Source: an uncultured Bacteroidota bacterium
Lineage (GTDB): Bacteria; CLD3; SB21
NCBI GenBank assembly: GCA_964535295.1
Contig: CAZHUW010000006.1
Coordinates: 1-38,472, forward strand
Direction of reading: 5' to 3'
DNA: 38,472 nt
Below are positions 18,512 through 27,312 of the stretch, piece by piece. Numbering within the stretch: position 1 is the first letter of the stretch; each line of letters opens with the position of its first letter. Position numbers and translations under genes: made by a program. A model generated the notes under the pieces. That model worked only from the letters and a program-made list of their open reading frames with translations, did not search any database and was not told where the DNA came from.

Positions 18512-20440
18512 TTAATTCGTGGCCCAGGTCGTCCAGGTGGCTAACCAGTTCGTCGTATTGAATGCGCCGATATAGGTCGCGGCAACATCAAAGAAACCGT
18601 CATTCGGAGGCGTACCGCCGGTCACAACGACCGTGGGAACCGGGTTCGGCATCGTTCCGTTGAACGGGTTCGCATTCGCTGCGGTATTCACACTGGTGAA
18701 GTTCGGGTTCTGAACCAATATATTCCATGAACCGATAATAGAGCGAAGCCCGATGGTATCATAGTTCTGCGCAGTGGTCTTTAGCGCAACCTGCGTAATA
18801 TGTTTGGCCGGATTAACGGCGTTATTGAACATGATAATGTTTTTTGCTGTTGCCGTACCGTTAGCGGCGTTGGTGCTGTCGGCCGTGCCGTCAAGGGTCA
18901 AACCTATACGGTTAAAGTACGATACGATACCGTTATTGGCGTCATACTGCGTATTGCGCCGCCAGTACATGCCTTCGTTGTTATCATCATTATTCTTGTC
19001 ATCCGTTCCGTTACCGCCAACAAAAGTGAAATTCCAAATGGTTGGTTTAGAAACCGGCGTATTAGAACTTCCGGACGCATCGTTATCGGCTTCCATGCCG
19101 CGGTTTCCGAGAGCCTGATCTTGTATACCGAACACATACTGCAATTTGACCTGAGTTCCAAAATCCGTGTCGAACATGTCATCGTCGCAACCGGAGGCAA
19201 CTAGGTATTTGCCTTTGACCGTTCCGCCAAACCATTCGAATCCGTCATCGGCGATCATGTGCGATTGAATATGATCCAGGACCGTGTTGCTTCCAACGGC
19301 ATTGAAAGTCCAGCCGTTGACTTCATTATCGGGCGTTACCTTCGTTCCGCCAAATTCAACACGCACGTATTGGAAAATTCCGCTGCTCATCGTGTCGCCG
19401 ATCGAAGAGTTCAATGTGAACCCACCGTAGCCGGGACCGTAGGTTCCGGTATTACCTTCGCCAACGCCGATCCCGCCGGGCACATTCAGGCTGGCCGCTC
19501 CGTTCAACACGATCCCGCCCCACAAACCGCGCGTACGCGTTCCCGCAGCGCGTTCGGTTGTAAACACGATCGGCTGAGCCGCCGTTCCAAGAGCATATAT
19601 TTTTCCATTGGCTTTGGACACAGTGCTGGCATTGGTGGCCTGCGCGCGAAGCGTAATGATCACGGCTCCGCTGCCTTCTACCGCTTCGATTCGTGTTCCG
19701 GCCGGAATGGTCAAAACGGCGCCGGGAACGATCTGATAAGGACCATTGAGTTTATAAACAATATTCGGATCCAGTGTAAGGCTCGTATTGAGATTGCCCG
19801 ATAAAGTGACCGACTGTGTCATGGCAAAATTAGCCGTTGCGGTTACATTCGCCGTCACGGTAACACCGGTAGTAGAATCGGCAACATAACCGTCGCGCGA
19901 TACCGCTACCGTGTAAGTTCCAACGAATACGCCCGTGAATGAATAGGTTCCGTTCGCGGCTGTTGTTGCTGTACGGCCTGAACTTGCCGTAGTGCCGAGA
20001 ATCTTAACTTCAGCGCCTTCTAAATTGCCGCCCCCGCCGGTCACAGTACCGGAGATCGTTCCTGTCTGTTCGCTGGTCGCCGGAATCGTAGATACACCTA
20101 CTGTAACATTAGGATCGTTCTCAACTACGGATACATTTGTGCTGGTCGTAACATAATCGGCGCCGGAGAAGGTCAAGGTATAGGAACCGACCTCAACGCC
20201 TGTAAATGTATAAACGCCATCCGCGCCCGTTGTATCGGACATGGCCGGTGTAGTCGAGATCGTTACGATAATATTGGCGATCGGCTGGTTAGCACTGTTC
20301 TTAACTGTACCGGTCACGGTCGCACCTGTGGAACTGTCATTATTTTTGTCATCGCTGCAACCGGTCATCGTCATGTTCACAGCGAACATAACCGTAATTG
20401 CCAGTGCAGACAATAAATTTGTCATTTTGTTTCCGTTCAT
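18512..20440 (-). CDS. TBDR-associated lipoprotein: two carboxypeptidase-regulatory-like Ig domains plus an Asp-rich parallel beta-helix domain
   Basis: Start refined to 20440 because a GGAGG RBS lies 4 nt upstream (ORF track starts at 20485). Lipobox MTGC; GTISGTV / G.Y.FTGV..G.YT Ig motifs; beta-helix motifs GLWGGIVLNG, YVRVEFGG, ADDGFEWFGG, CDDDMFDTDFG, GMEADND; C-terminal YIGAF...NWLATWT.W. Confidence 0.85.
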   Translation of the reverse strand: MNGNKMTNLLSALAITVMFAVNMTMTGCSDDKNNDSSTGATVTGTVKNSANQPIANIIVTISTTPAMSDTTGADGVYTFTGVEVGSYTLTFSGADYVTTSTNVSVVENDPNVTVGVSTIPATSEQTGTISGTVTGGGGNLEGAEVKILGTTASSGRTATTAANGTYSFTGVFVGTYTVAVSRDGYVADSTTGVTVTANVTATANFAMTQSVTLSGNLNTSLTLDPNIVYKLNGPYQIVPGAVLTIPAGTRIEAVEGSGAVIITLRAQATNASTVSKANGKIYALGTAAQPIVFTTERAAGTRTRGLWGGIVLNGAASLNVPGGIGVGEGNTGTYGPGYGGFTLNSSIGDTMSSGIFQYVRVEFGGTKVTPDNEVNGWTFNAVGSNTVLDHIQSHMIADDGFEWFGGTVKGKYLVASGCDDDMFDTDFGTQVKLQYVFGIQDQALGNRGMEADNDASGSSNTPVSKPTIWNFTFVGGNGTDDKNNDDNNEGMYWRRNTQYDANNGIVSYFNRIGLTLDGTADSTNAANGTATAKNIIMFNNAVNPAKHITQVALKTTAQNYDTIGLRSIIGSWNILVQNPNFTSVNTAANANPFNGTMPNPVPTVVVTGGTPPNDGFFDVAATYIGAFNTTNWLATWTTWATN

Positions 20441-20552
20441 TTTTCCTCCATTTGATTTGTATAAACTGTTATTACGTTTTATCATCTTGTCTAATTTAGA
20501 GTTTTATATTAAACCCGTATTATGCCCGTGCTGTGATTGTGTTATCTTTTAT

Positions 20553-23351
20553 TTAGAAGTCATAGGTAACTGAAGTCGAGAAACTCATTCCCGGCTTATA
20601 AGTGTGCGTCGTGTATTTTCCCATCTTAAAGGTCACCGTATCGTCCAGAATGTTCTTCCAGCTTCCTTTAAGTTTCAGATTCTTCGTCAGTTTTTGCGCG
20701 ACGGTCAGATCCAGCTGGTTATAAGGCTGCTCGTACACATCGTCGTATACCTTATTGCCATCGGCGTCATTTAATTTGGTTCCGATCTCTGCGATGCGCT
20801 TTCCGAATATATTATAGGAGAGGTTGATATCTGTCCGCGAAACCGCATTCGCATAATTCAATCCAATATTGACCACATAAGGCGACTGGCCCTGCATCGG
20901 ACGTTTTTTGCTGGCAACAAAATCGGGAGAGAATAAGGTCGGATCATCGCTGCCGAGCGTATAGACCTTGATGGCATTTTTCTGAGTTAGCCTGGAACGG
21001 ATCAGGGACATATTCGCCGTCACGCTGAAATCTTTGAGCGTTTCAGCCACATGGATCAGGCTCGCCCGCAGATCCAATTCAAGTCCAATATTGGTCGCAT
21101 TGCCGCCATTAACGGGAACCGGATCGCCCGACGGGTTGCCCGGATTGGGAAGAAGGAATTTTTCAATCGGATTCTCAAAAGTCTTATAGAAAAAGCTGGC
21201 CGCAAGAAGTTCCCCGGAGATCGGGAAGAATTCCCAACGTAAATCATAATTGCGTATATAGCTGGACTTCAAAAAAGGATTGCCGTAGGTGCTGCGGCGG
21301 TAATCATCATAACGGAACGGCGCGAGTTCACGGAACTGCGGACGGGAAGTGGTCTGGCTGTAGCCGACCCGGATATTCATTCTTTCGCTAAGCGAGTACA
21401 CGACGTTGAGCGCCGGGAAAAAATCCTTATTCGTATATTTTGGCGAGAGCTGCTTATTGGCAGAACCCGATGCCGGATCGATGGAATTCAATTCCGTACG
21501 CACATTCTCGTACCGCACACCGCCGACAAACCGCCATTTTTTATCCAGCGGCAAGTCTGCCATGATATATCCTGCGACGGTGTTTTCATTGGCCGTATAC
21601 TGATCATTGGGCTGGGTATTGTCTTCAAAGTTCACGAGCCCGTTGGCAATGTTATCCGAACTGAATAACTGATCCGGCTGTTGAGCACGAACCGCATCGG
21701 CAAAATTGGAATACGCATAACGGTGCGCATCAAAATCACGGTCTTTAAGACGGACCAGCGATCCGATCTTGAGTTTGGAATTTTTGACCAATTCCATCGG
21801 GATCGTCCAATCGACCCCTGTATTTATTTCCTTGTCAACCAGATCGGAGAAAAACCTCGAATTATTTGATGTTCCGAAAGCTTCATAAGTGTTCAGACCT
21901 TCATTGAGCACATACGCTGTCTGGCGCGTATCCGGTTCGTTCCGATCCGCCTGGGAATACGCCGCATGCCATTCGACCTTGCTTTTCAGCAGCTGATTCA
22001 TCTGATGTTCTCCGAGCAACTGCATTGAGAGAAGCGCGCGCTGTTGGTAGCGTAAACGGGTAAAACGGACGTCGCCACCCGAACTGCCGTTCTTAACTCC
22101 CGAGGTTGTGCTTGCCTCGTCATCGGATTGTATGTTATAAACCGTTTTCACGCCGATCTTGTTATTGGAATTGAGTTTATAATTAAGGTCTACGAGCGCG
22201 CCCCACAGCACGGAATAACTACCCTTTGTCGTCCTGTAATCGTAAGACGGAGTTCCGTCGAATTGCGGAAAAAACTCATTTTCAGTGCGGGTATTAAAGT
22301 CTGAACTGTAGGTCAGAGACGCGAGAAAACCAATGTTGGACTGATCACCTACGCTGTTGCCAACCGAAAAACTGAATCCGGAATTATTAGCAACTTGCCG
22401 GTTAGTCGGGCTCCAGATATTTTGAAAACGGCTGTTATACAATGCCTTCTGACTGTTTGACGTGGAACCGTTGAAGTCCGGTATGTTCGGCCTTTGTCTT
22501 TTGCCGTCGTCAAATCCAAGAAAATCCGTTCCGCTGCCCTGGTAGCGCGGGATCTTTGAAAACGAGGCGTTGTTGAAACCGGTTGAAACGCCGGCCGCCA
22601 TGAAAAAAGTTTCCGGAAATTCTTTGGTATTGATCTTCACCAAACCGCCGGAAAAATCGCCGGCCATATCGGGATTGTAGGTTTTAACGACCGTAATATT
22701 CTGAATAGATCCGGAAGGAAATATATCCATCGGGATTATTTTCTTTTCGGGTTCCGGGCTCGGAATTTCGATCCCGTTCAATTGCGCATTACTGTACCGT
22801 TCGCCCAATCCGCGGACGTACACGTATTTATTGCCTACGACGGAAAGTCCGGTAACACGTTTAAGCGCATCGCCGGCGTTCTTGTCGGGCGTTTTGCTGA
22901 TCTGCTCATTGCCGATCGCATCGCTTACGACGATCGCTTTTTTCTGCTGAACCAGCAGCGCGCTGGAGGCCGCACGATCCGCTTTGGCTTCGACGACAAG
23001 TTCCTCGCCCATGATCGATTCGGGTTCCAGCGAGATCTGCAAATTGTACGTTAAGCCAGCGGTAACGGGAACGGGGGTGATGGTCTTTTTCACATAGGAG
23101 ATGTAAGAAAACACAACGGCATAGGAGCCTTCGGGAACATTGCTTACAAAAAAGTTGCCGTTCAGGTCCGATGAGGCGCCGTATTTGGTTCCGGCCAATA
23201 TGACGTTACAACCGATCAGCGGATCGCCATTCGATGCGTCGACGATCTTTCCAGCAATTTTGCCGGTTTTTACCGGGCCGGTTTGCGCTGTCAGATGAAA
23301 TGGTAAAAACAGCACGGAGGCAATGGTTAAGAGTAATCTTAGGTTTTTCAT
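20553..23351 (-). CDS. TonB-dependent receptor with N-terminal carboxypeptidase-regulatory-like domain
   Basis: Signal peptide, GKIAGKIVD...PLIGCNV, plug domain (AGDALKRVTGLSV, YVRGLGERYS, DIFPS..IQNITVVKT), SRPQFRELAPF, NYDLRWEFF and C-terminal Phe (VTYDF). Confidence 0.95.
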   Translation of the reverse strand: MKNLRLLLTIASVLFLPFHLTAQTGPVKTGKIAGKIVDASNGDPLIGCNVILAGTKYGASSDLNGNFFVSNVPEGSYAVVFSYISYVKKTITPVPVTAGLTYNLQISLEPESIMGEELVVEAKADRAASSALLVQQKKAIVVSDAIGNEQISKTPDKNAGDALKRVTGLSVVGNKYVYVRGLGERYSNAQLNGIEIPSPEPEKKIIPMDIFPSGSIQNITVVKTYNPDMAGDFSGGLVKINTKEFPETFFMAAGVSTGFNNASFSKIPRYQGSGTDFLGFDDGKRQRPNIPDFNGSTSNSQKALYNSRFQNIWSPTNRQVANNSGFSFSVGNSVGDQSNIGFLASLTYSSDFNTRTENEFFPQFDGTPSYDYRTTKGSYSVLWGALVDLNYKLNSNNKIGVKTVYNIQSDDEASTTSGVKNGSSGGDVRFTRLRYQQRALLSMQLLGEHQMNQLLKSKVEWHAAYSQADRNEPDTRQTAYVLNEGLNTYEAFGTSNNSRFFSDLVDKEINTGVDWTIPMELVKNSKLKIGSLVRLKDRDFDAHRYAYSNFADAVRAQQPDQLFSSDNIANGLVNFEDNTQPNDQYTANENTVAGYIMADLPLDKKWRFVGGVRYENVRTELNSIDPASGSANKQLSPKYTNKDFFPALNVVYSLSERMNIRVGYSQTTSRPQFRELAPFRYDDYRRSTYGNPFLKSSYIRNYDLRWEFFPISGELLAASFFYKTFENPIEKFLLPNPGNPSGDPVPVNGGNATNIGLELDLRASLIHVAETLKDFSVTANMSLIRSRLTQKNAIKVYTLGSDDPTLFSPDFVASKKRPMQGQSPYVVNIGLNYANAVSRTDINLSYNIFGKRIAEIGTKLNDADGNKVYDDVYEQPYNQLDLTVAQKLTKNLKLKGSWKNILDDTVTFKMGKYTTHTYKPGMSFSTSVTYDF

Positions 23352-23415
23352 ACTTTTCTCTCACTTGGTTAGGTTTAGTAAAACACACGCTATGCAGCTT
23401 GGGTTTAGGTGCACA

Positions 23416-23491
23416 AATATAACAGTGCATTGTTAGCGCGAAATTACACGATTATTATGGTTTCGCTTGATTTGTTATGAAATTGTTGCCT
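23416..23491 (-). promoter_or_regulatory. Pho-box-like array (2+3 half-sites, 11-bp period) plus -10 element of the TBDR gene
   Basis: Minus strand AGGCAAC-AATT-TCATAAC-N13-CCATAAT-AATC-GTGTAAT-TTCG-CGCTAAC-N10-TATATT(TG). Confidence 0.65.
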
Positions 23492-23531
23492 GAAAAGGAG
23501 CTGCCGATATATAGAATGGCTGTTTTTTAAC

Positions 23532-23560
23532 TTGCTTATTCCTGACACCGGATGTACATT
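23532..23560 (+). promoter_or_regulatory. Putative sigma70 promoter of the DUF151-htrA genes
   Basis: TTGCTT-N17-TACATT. Confidence 0.55.
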
Positions 23561-23658
23561 ATTTAGCACTCATTGTGGGACATTGAAGTTTTAGATCCGA
23601 AGTAAAACCCAGGGCACGTCAAATCCTTGGGTTATTTTGTCTTGAAGAAAGTGTTTTC

Positions 23659-24291
23659 ATGGAATCGGTTCATGATACATCGGTCCCGCCGGAGAGTTTT
23701 TCAGCGGAACAGCCCAAGGCCAACGGGGATGTTATGCGCCGCATCGTATTGATCGTTTTATCTGCTATGCTTTTTTTTGGCCTGGCGGGGATTTTTTCGA
23801 AGAACATTTTGTTTGACCGCAGTTCCGTGTTGATGACCGGGGATTCGAATGTAACGGAGATGAAAGTTCTCGGTGTTGTGATGGATTCCCTCAGCGAAAC
23901 GCCGGCGGTTTTTTTGTACAGCGAAAAGGAAGAGATATTCCTCCCGATCTGGATCGGCGCCAACGAAGCGGTGGCTATTCAGGCGGAACTCTCCGGCGTC
24001 AAATCGCCGCGCCCTCTGACCAACGACCTTCTGAAGGATGTCATTGAAAAACTGGATGCTACGCTCGAAAAAATTGTCATAACAAAAGTACAGAACGACA
24101 CGTATTACTCGATACTTTATATCAAAGGAAATAAAGGCGCTTTGGAGATCGATGCGCGGCCCAGCGATGCTTTGGGGCTGGCCATCCGTTTCAAATGCCC
24201 GATCTGGGTCAATGACGAGATCGTAAAAAAATACGGCATGTCGTCGCAGGATGCGGCAAAAAAACGTCTGGAAAAAAGTAAGAAAATTTAA
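23659..24291 (+). CDS. Bifunctional-nuclease (DUF151/BFN) domain protein with N-terminal transmembrane/signal segment
   Basis: LPIWIGANEAVAI, PRPLTNDLL, NDTYYSIL, IDARPSDALGLA..KCPIWV. Hydrophobic segment IVLIVLSAMLFFGLAGIF. An alternative start at 23734 (MRRIVL) is plausible. Confidence 0.88.
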   Translation: MESVHDTSVPPESFSAEQPKANGDVMRRIVLIVLSAMLFFGLAGIFSKNILFDRSSVLMTGDSNVTEMKVLGVVMDSLSETPAVFLYSEKEEIFLPIWIGANEAVAIQAELSGVKSPRPLTNDLLKDVIEKLDATLEKIVITKVQNDTYYSILYIKGNKGALEIDARPSDALGLAIRFKCPIWVNDEIVKKYGMSSQDAAKKRLEKSKKI

Positions 24292-24298
24292 ATACGAA

Positions 24299-24391
24299 CT
24301 CAGAGGCACAGAGAACACGAAGAGACCTGAAATATTGTTTAAGCTTTTTAAATTGAAACTCATGAAACCCTATGCTCTCTGTGTCCCTGTG
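24299..24391. repeat. CACAGAG-type short inverted repeat element
   Basis: Left arm CTCAGAGGCACAGAGAACACGAAG; right arm CTCTCTGTGTCCCTGTG. Lies between DUF151 and htrA. Confidence 0.65.
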
Positions 24392-24442
24392 ATAAAAACT
24401 GGGCACGACTAAACTGAAAAACAATTCGAGAAAGAGATACCT

Positions 24443-25909
24443 ATGCGTCAACGACTGCCTCTTGTTATTTTAACCGCCGTACTTGCGATCGGGATTTTTG
24501 CCGGATTAATACTGAGTTCCAAACTGGATCTGACCGGGTTCACCCGTGCGGACGATAAACCCGATGTTAATTTTGCTTCTGCCGCAACCGACTTGGTCCA
24601 GATTGAATCTTCGGGCAAAGCGTTTGCACAGATAGCCAATCAGGTCAAGCCTGTGGTGGTCACGATAATCAGTGAAAAAAAAGTTTCCGTGGGCGGCGGT
24701 TTCGACGAGATATTCCGAAAATTCCATAAGAACATTCCTGAACAAGGGCTGGGGTCCGGCGTGATCGTTCACCCCGACGGCTATATTCTTACCAATCATC
24801 ACGTTGTGACCGAAGCCGATCAGATCACCGTAAGACTTCTCGATAAACGTGTCTTCAGGGCGGAATTACTCGGTTCCGATCCGCTCACCGATATCGCGCT
24901 TATCAAGATCGACGCGGAAAAACTTCCGGCCGCCAAATTCGGCAATTCGGATAATATCGATGTCGGCGAATGGGTACTGGCGATCGGTTCTCCTCTCAGC
25001 CTTAATTCCACCGTCACTGCCGGTATCATCAGCGCGCTCGGGCGTCAGATCGATATTATCGGCGACCAATACGGGGTCGAGAGTTTTATTCAGACCGATG
25101 CCGTGATCAATCCGGGCAACAGCGGCGGCGCATTGGTCAATATCAAAGGCGAACTCATCGGCATCAATACCGCGATCGCTACAAAGACAGGGCTTTATCA
25201 GGGTTACGGATTTGCCGTACCCTCCAACATCGCCAAACATGTGATGGAAGATATCATCCGGTACGGACAGACCGTTCGCGGGTACGTGGGCGTGGGCATC
25301 AAGGATGTGGATGCCACGTACGCTAAAGCGGTCGGGTTGACCACGGCGCAGGGCGTATTAGTTGAATCGCTGGTGGATAATGGCGCAGCGAAAGAAAGCG
25401 GTCTCGAAGAAGGCGATGTAATACTTGAAATAGACGGACGAAAATTAAATCAATCCAACGATCTGCAGGCCTATGTGGCTCTTAAACAGCCCGGCGATGC
25501 CGTAAAACTGCTTATTCAGCGCAACGGGAACAGGATCACAAAATCCGTTACTCTCAAATCCGTTGACGGATCGACCACACCGCCCCCCGTAAAGACGCAA
25601 AATAATTTGAAGAAAGAAATAAAGGACGAGATCGGCGAGGGCATGGGATTTGAAGTGGAGGAAACTTCGGATAATGCGCTGGCGGCCAAAAACGTGATCG
25701 TGACCAATTCTTCCTGGCAAGCCAAAGAGCAAAGCGTTTACGAAGGATTTATCGTTACTCGCGTGAACAATAGACCTATTTCCAACATGGATGATTATAG
25801 ATCTGCGATCAGGGACCTCAAGAACGGCGACGCGGTTATTCTGCATTTGATGACCGCACGGCGCGAGAACAAGATCATCACGGCCGTTGAAGTGAAGAAG
25901 AAAAATTAA
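24443..25909 (+). CDS. htrA: HtrA/DegP (Do family) periplasmic serine protease with two PDZ domains
   Basis: N-terminal TM, GLGSGVIV, ILTNHHVV (His), DIALIKI (Asp), IQTDAVINPGNSGGALVN (Ser), then PDZ domains. Confidence 0.95.
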   Translation: MRQRLPLVILTAVLAIGIFAGLILSSKLDLTGFTRADDKPDVNFASAATDLVQIESSGKAFAQIANQVKPVVVTIISEKKVSVGGGFDEIFRKFHKNIPEQGLGSGVIVHPDGYILTNHHVVTEADQITVRLLDKRVFRAELLGSDPLTDIALIKIDAEKLPAAKFGNSDNIDVGEWVLAIGSPLSLNSTVTAGIISALGRQIDIIGDQYGVESFIQTDAVINPGNSGGALVNIKGELIGINTAIATKTGLYQGYGFAVPSNIAKHVMEDIIRYGQTVRGYVGVGIKDVDATYAKAVGLTTAQGVLVESLVDNGAAKESGLEEGDVILEIDGRKLNQSNDLQAYVALKQPGDAVKLLIQRNGNRITKSVTLKSVDGSTTPPPVKTQNNLKKEIKDEIGEGMGFEVEETSDNALAAKNVIVTNSSWQAKEQSVYEGFIVTRVNNRPISNMDDYRSAIRDLKNGDAVILHLMTARRENKIITAVEVKKKN

Positions 25910-26014
25910 AAAATCATCTTGATTTTTCACAAGAATGCCTGTAGCGCAACCTAATTTGCAAAAAAATTATCGTTAATATAAATAAATCAGGTCACCAAAC
26001 CGTAAAGGAAAGTT

Positions 26015-26683
26015 ATGAATCCTATTAAACGGCAATTGATCGTTTTTAGTTGTTTGATCCTGTCTGGCCTGACCGGATTGGCATTGTTCATGAACGCCAT
26101 TCATAACAAGTCTCTGGAGATCAACAACAACTGGCTTCCCAGTGTCCAGCACGTCAGCACTATCAATACGCTGACATCCGATTTCCGGATCAATGAGCTG
26201 GAACACATCTTGTCGGTAACCGAAGATCAGATGAGATCTTATGAAAACAATATGCAGAAGATAAACGAAGCGATACGTGAAGAAATGACAGGCTACGAAC
26301 CCTTGATTACCACCTTAAATGAAAAAAGGCTGTATGCCGATTTCGTTTCAAAATGGGATGAATATCTGAATCAACACCGCCTTATGATCTCGCTATCCAA
26401 AGAAAATAAGAATGAAGATGCCAAAGCCGTTATCCTTGCCAAGTCGAGTGCCCTCTTTCATGAATTCTCTGCCTCCCTCACGTTACTGGCCGCTGAAAAC
26501 CGGATGCTGGCGCAGCAGGAAACGGATGCCGGAAAACAACTGTTAATACTGACCGCTATGAATCTTGTTCTGATCCTGGGGCTTCTGATCTATTTTGTTT
26601 ACCGAACGGCACAACATATGAAAACCATGTTCGAGAAACTGGTTCATCGCTGGGTCTCGGTCATGACGGATATTTACGTTTAG
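26015..26683 (+). CDS. Orphan chemoreceptor four-helix-bundle sensor (4HB_MCP_1-like) with two TMs and no signalling domain
   Basis: TM1, then INNNWLPSV...FRINELEHIL...YEPLI...EKRLYADF..KWDEY...MISLS, then TM2. The ORF stops about 26 aa after TM2. Confidence 0.8.
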   Translation: MNPIKRQLIVFSCLILSGLTGLALFMNAIHNKSLEINNNWLPSVQHVSTINTLTSDFRINELEHILSVTEDQMRSYENNMQKINEAIREEMTGYEPLITTLNEKRLYADFVSKWDEYLNQHRLMISLSKENKNEDAKAVILAKSSALFHEFSASLTLLAAENRMLAQQETDAGKQLLILTAMNLVLILGLLIYFVYRTAQHMKTMFEKLVHRWVSVMTDIYV

Positions 26684-26694
26684 CGGCAGGATCG

Positions 26695-27312
26695 TTAGCG
26701 GAAAACTTTGTCTTTCGTCCTGATGATCGGTTTTCTTAATTTGTATATGAGATAAGCGCTCCCCGCCCCGACCACGGCGCCCATCAGCACGTCGCTCGGA
26801 TAATGCATCCCGATCGCCATGCGGCTGTATCCCGCAATCCCTGCCCAGGCAAAACTCGGTACGATCACGTACCACTTGGGATAATTCAACGAAACCATCG
26901 TCGCTACGGTGAAAGCGGAACTCGTGTGGCCTGATGGAAACGAAGCGCTGCGTTCCGTTGACCCGACCGTGTGTACGCCCGACAACGCTTTGTAAGGACG
27001 TTTTCGATCAACCGCATTTTTCATTCCATACGTAATTCCGTAGTTCAGAATGGCCGCGGTCAACAGCAAAAATCCCGTATCTTCCGCTTTTCGGTCCTTC
27101 CGAATGATGCCCGTGGCAAGAAAACCCAAAGGCGTTCCGATATAAACGGGCTTGACGGAATTGCTTTGAAAACTGAAAAAATTATCGCTGAATTTTGTAT
27201 GATGATCGTTGATCGAGCGGAAGATACGCGTGTCGAGATTTTGCGCTTCGAGGAGCGCGCCTTTGAAAAACAAACAAATGGTAAAGATCGATATTGCAGA
27301 CCCGTATTTCAT
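26695..27312 (-). CDS. PAP2 family phosphatase
   Basis: C1 K..VDRKRP, C2 SFPSGH, C3 SRMAIGMHYPSDV. N-terminal signal-like segment. Confidence 0.93.
   Translation of the reverse strand: MKYGSAISIFTICLFFKGALLEAQNLDTRIFRSINDHHTKFSDNFFSFQSNSVKPVYIGTPLGFLATGIIRKDRKAEDTGFLLLTAAILNYGITYGMKNAVDRKRPYKALSGVHTVGSTERSASFPSGHTSSAFTVATMVSLNYPKWYVIVPSFAWAGIAGYSRMAIGMHYPSDVLMGAVVGAGSAYLIYKLRKPIIRTKDKVFR

Noticed and set aside
20441-20485. ORF-track N-terminal extension MIKRNNSLYKSNGGK
   Set aside because: It contains the GGAGG RBS for the ATG at 20440, which gives a proper lipoprotein signal.
23352-23415. Possible cobalamin riboswitch or Fur box upstream of the TBDR
   Set aside because: The predicted leader is too short (about 60 nt), has no B12-box, and has no GATAATGATAATCATTATC-like palindrome. 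The 11-bp direct repeats explain the region better.
13605-23421. TATATTTG elements as evidence for a Bacteroidia-type (-7/-33) sigma factor
   Set aside because: Other promoters in the window show canonical TTG-N17-TAnnnT spacing and genes use SD sites. The matches are adequately explained as ordinary -10 elements.
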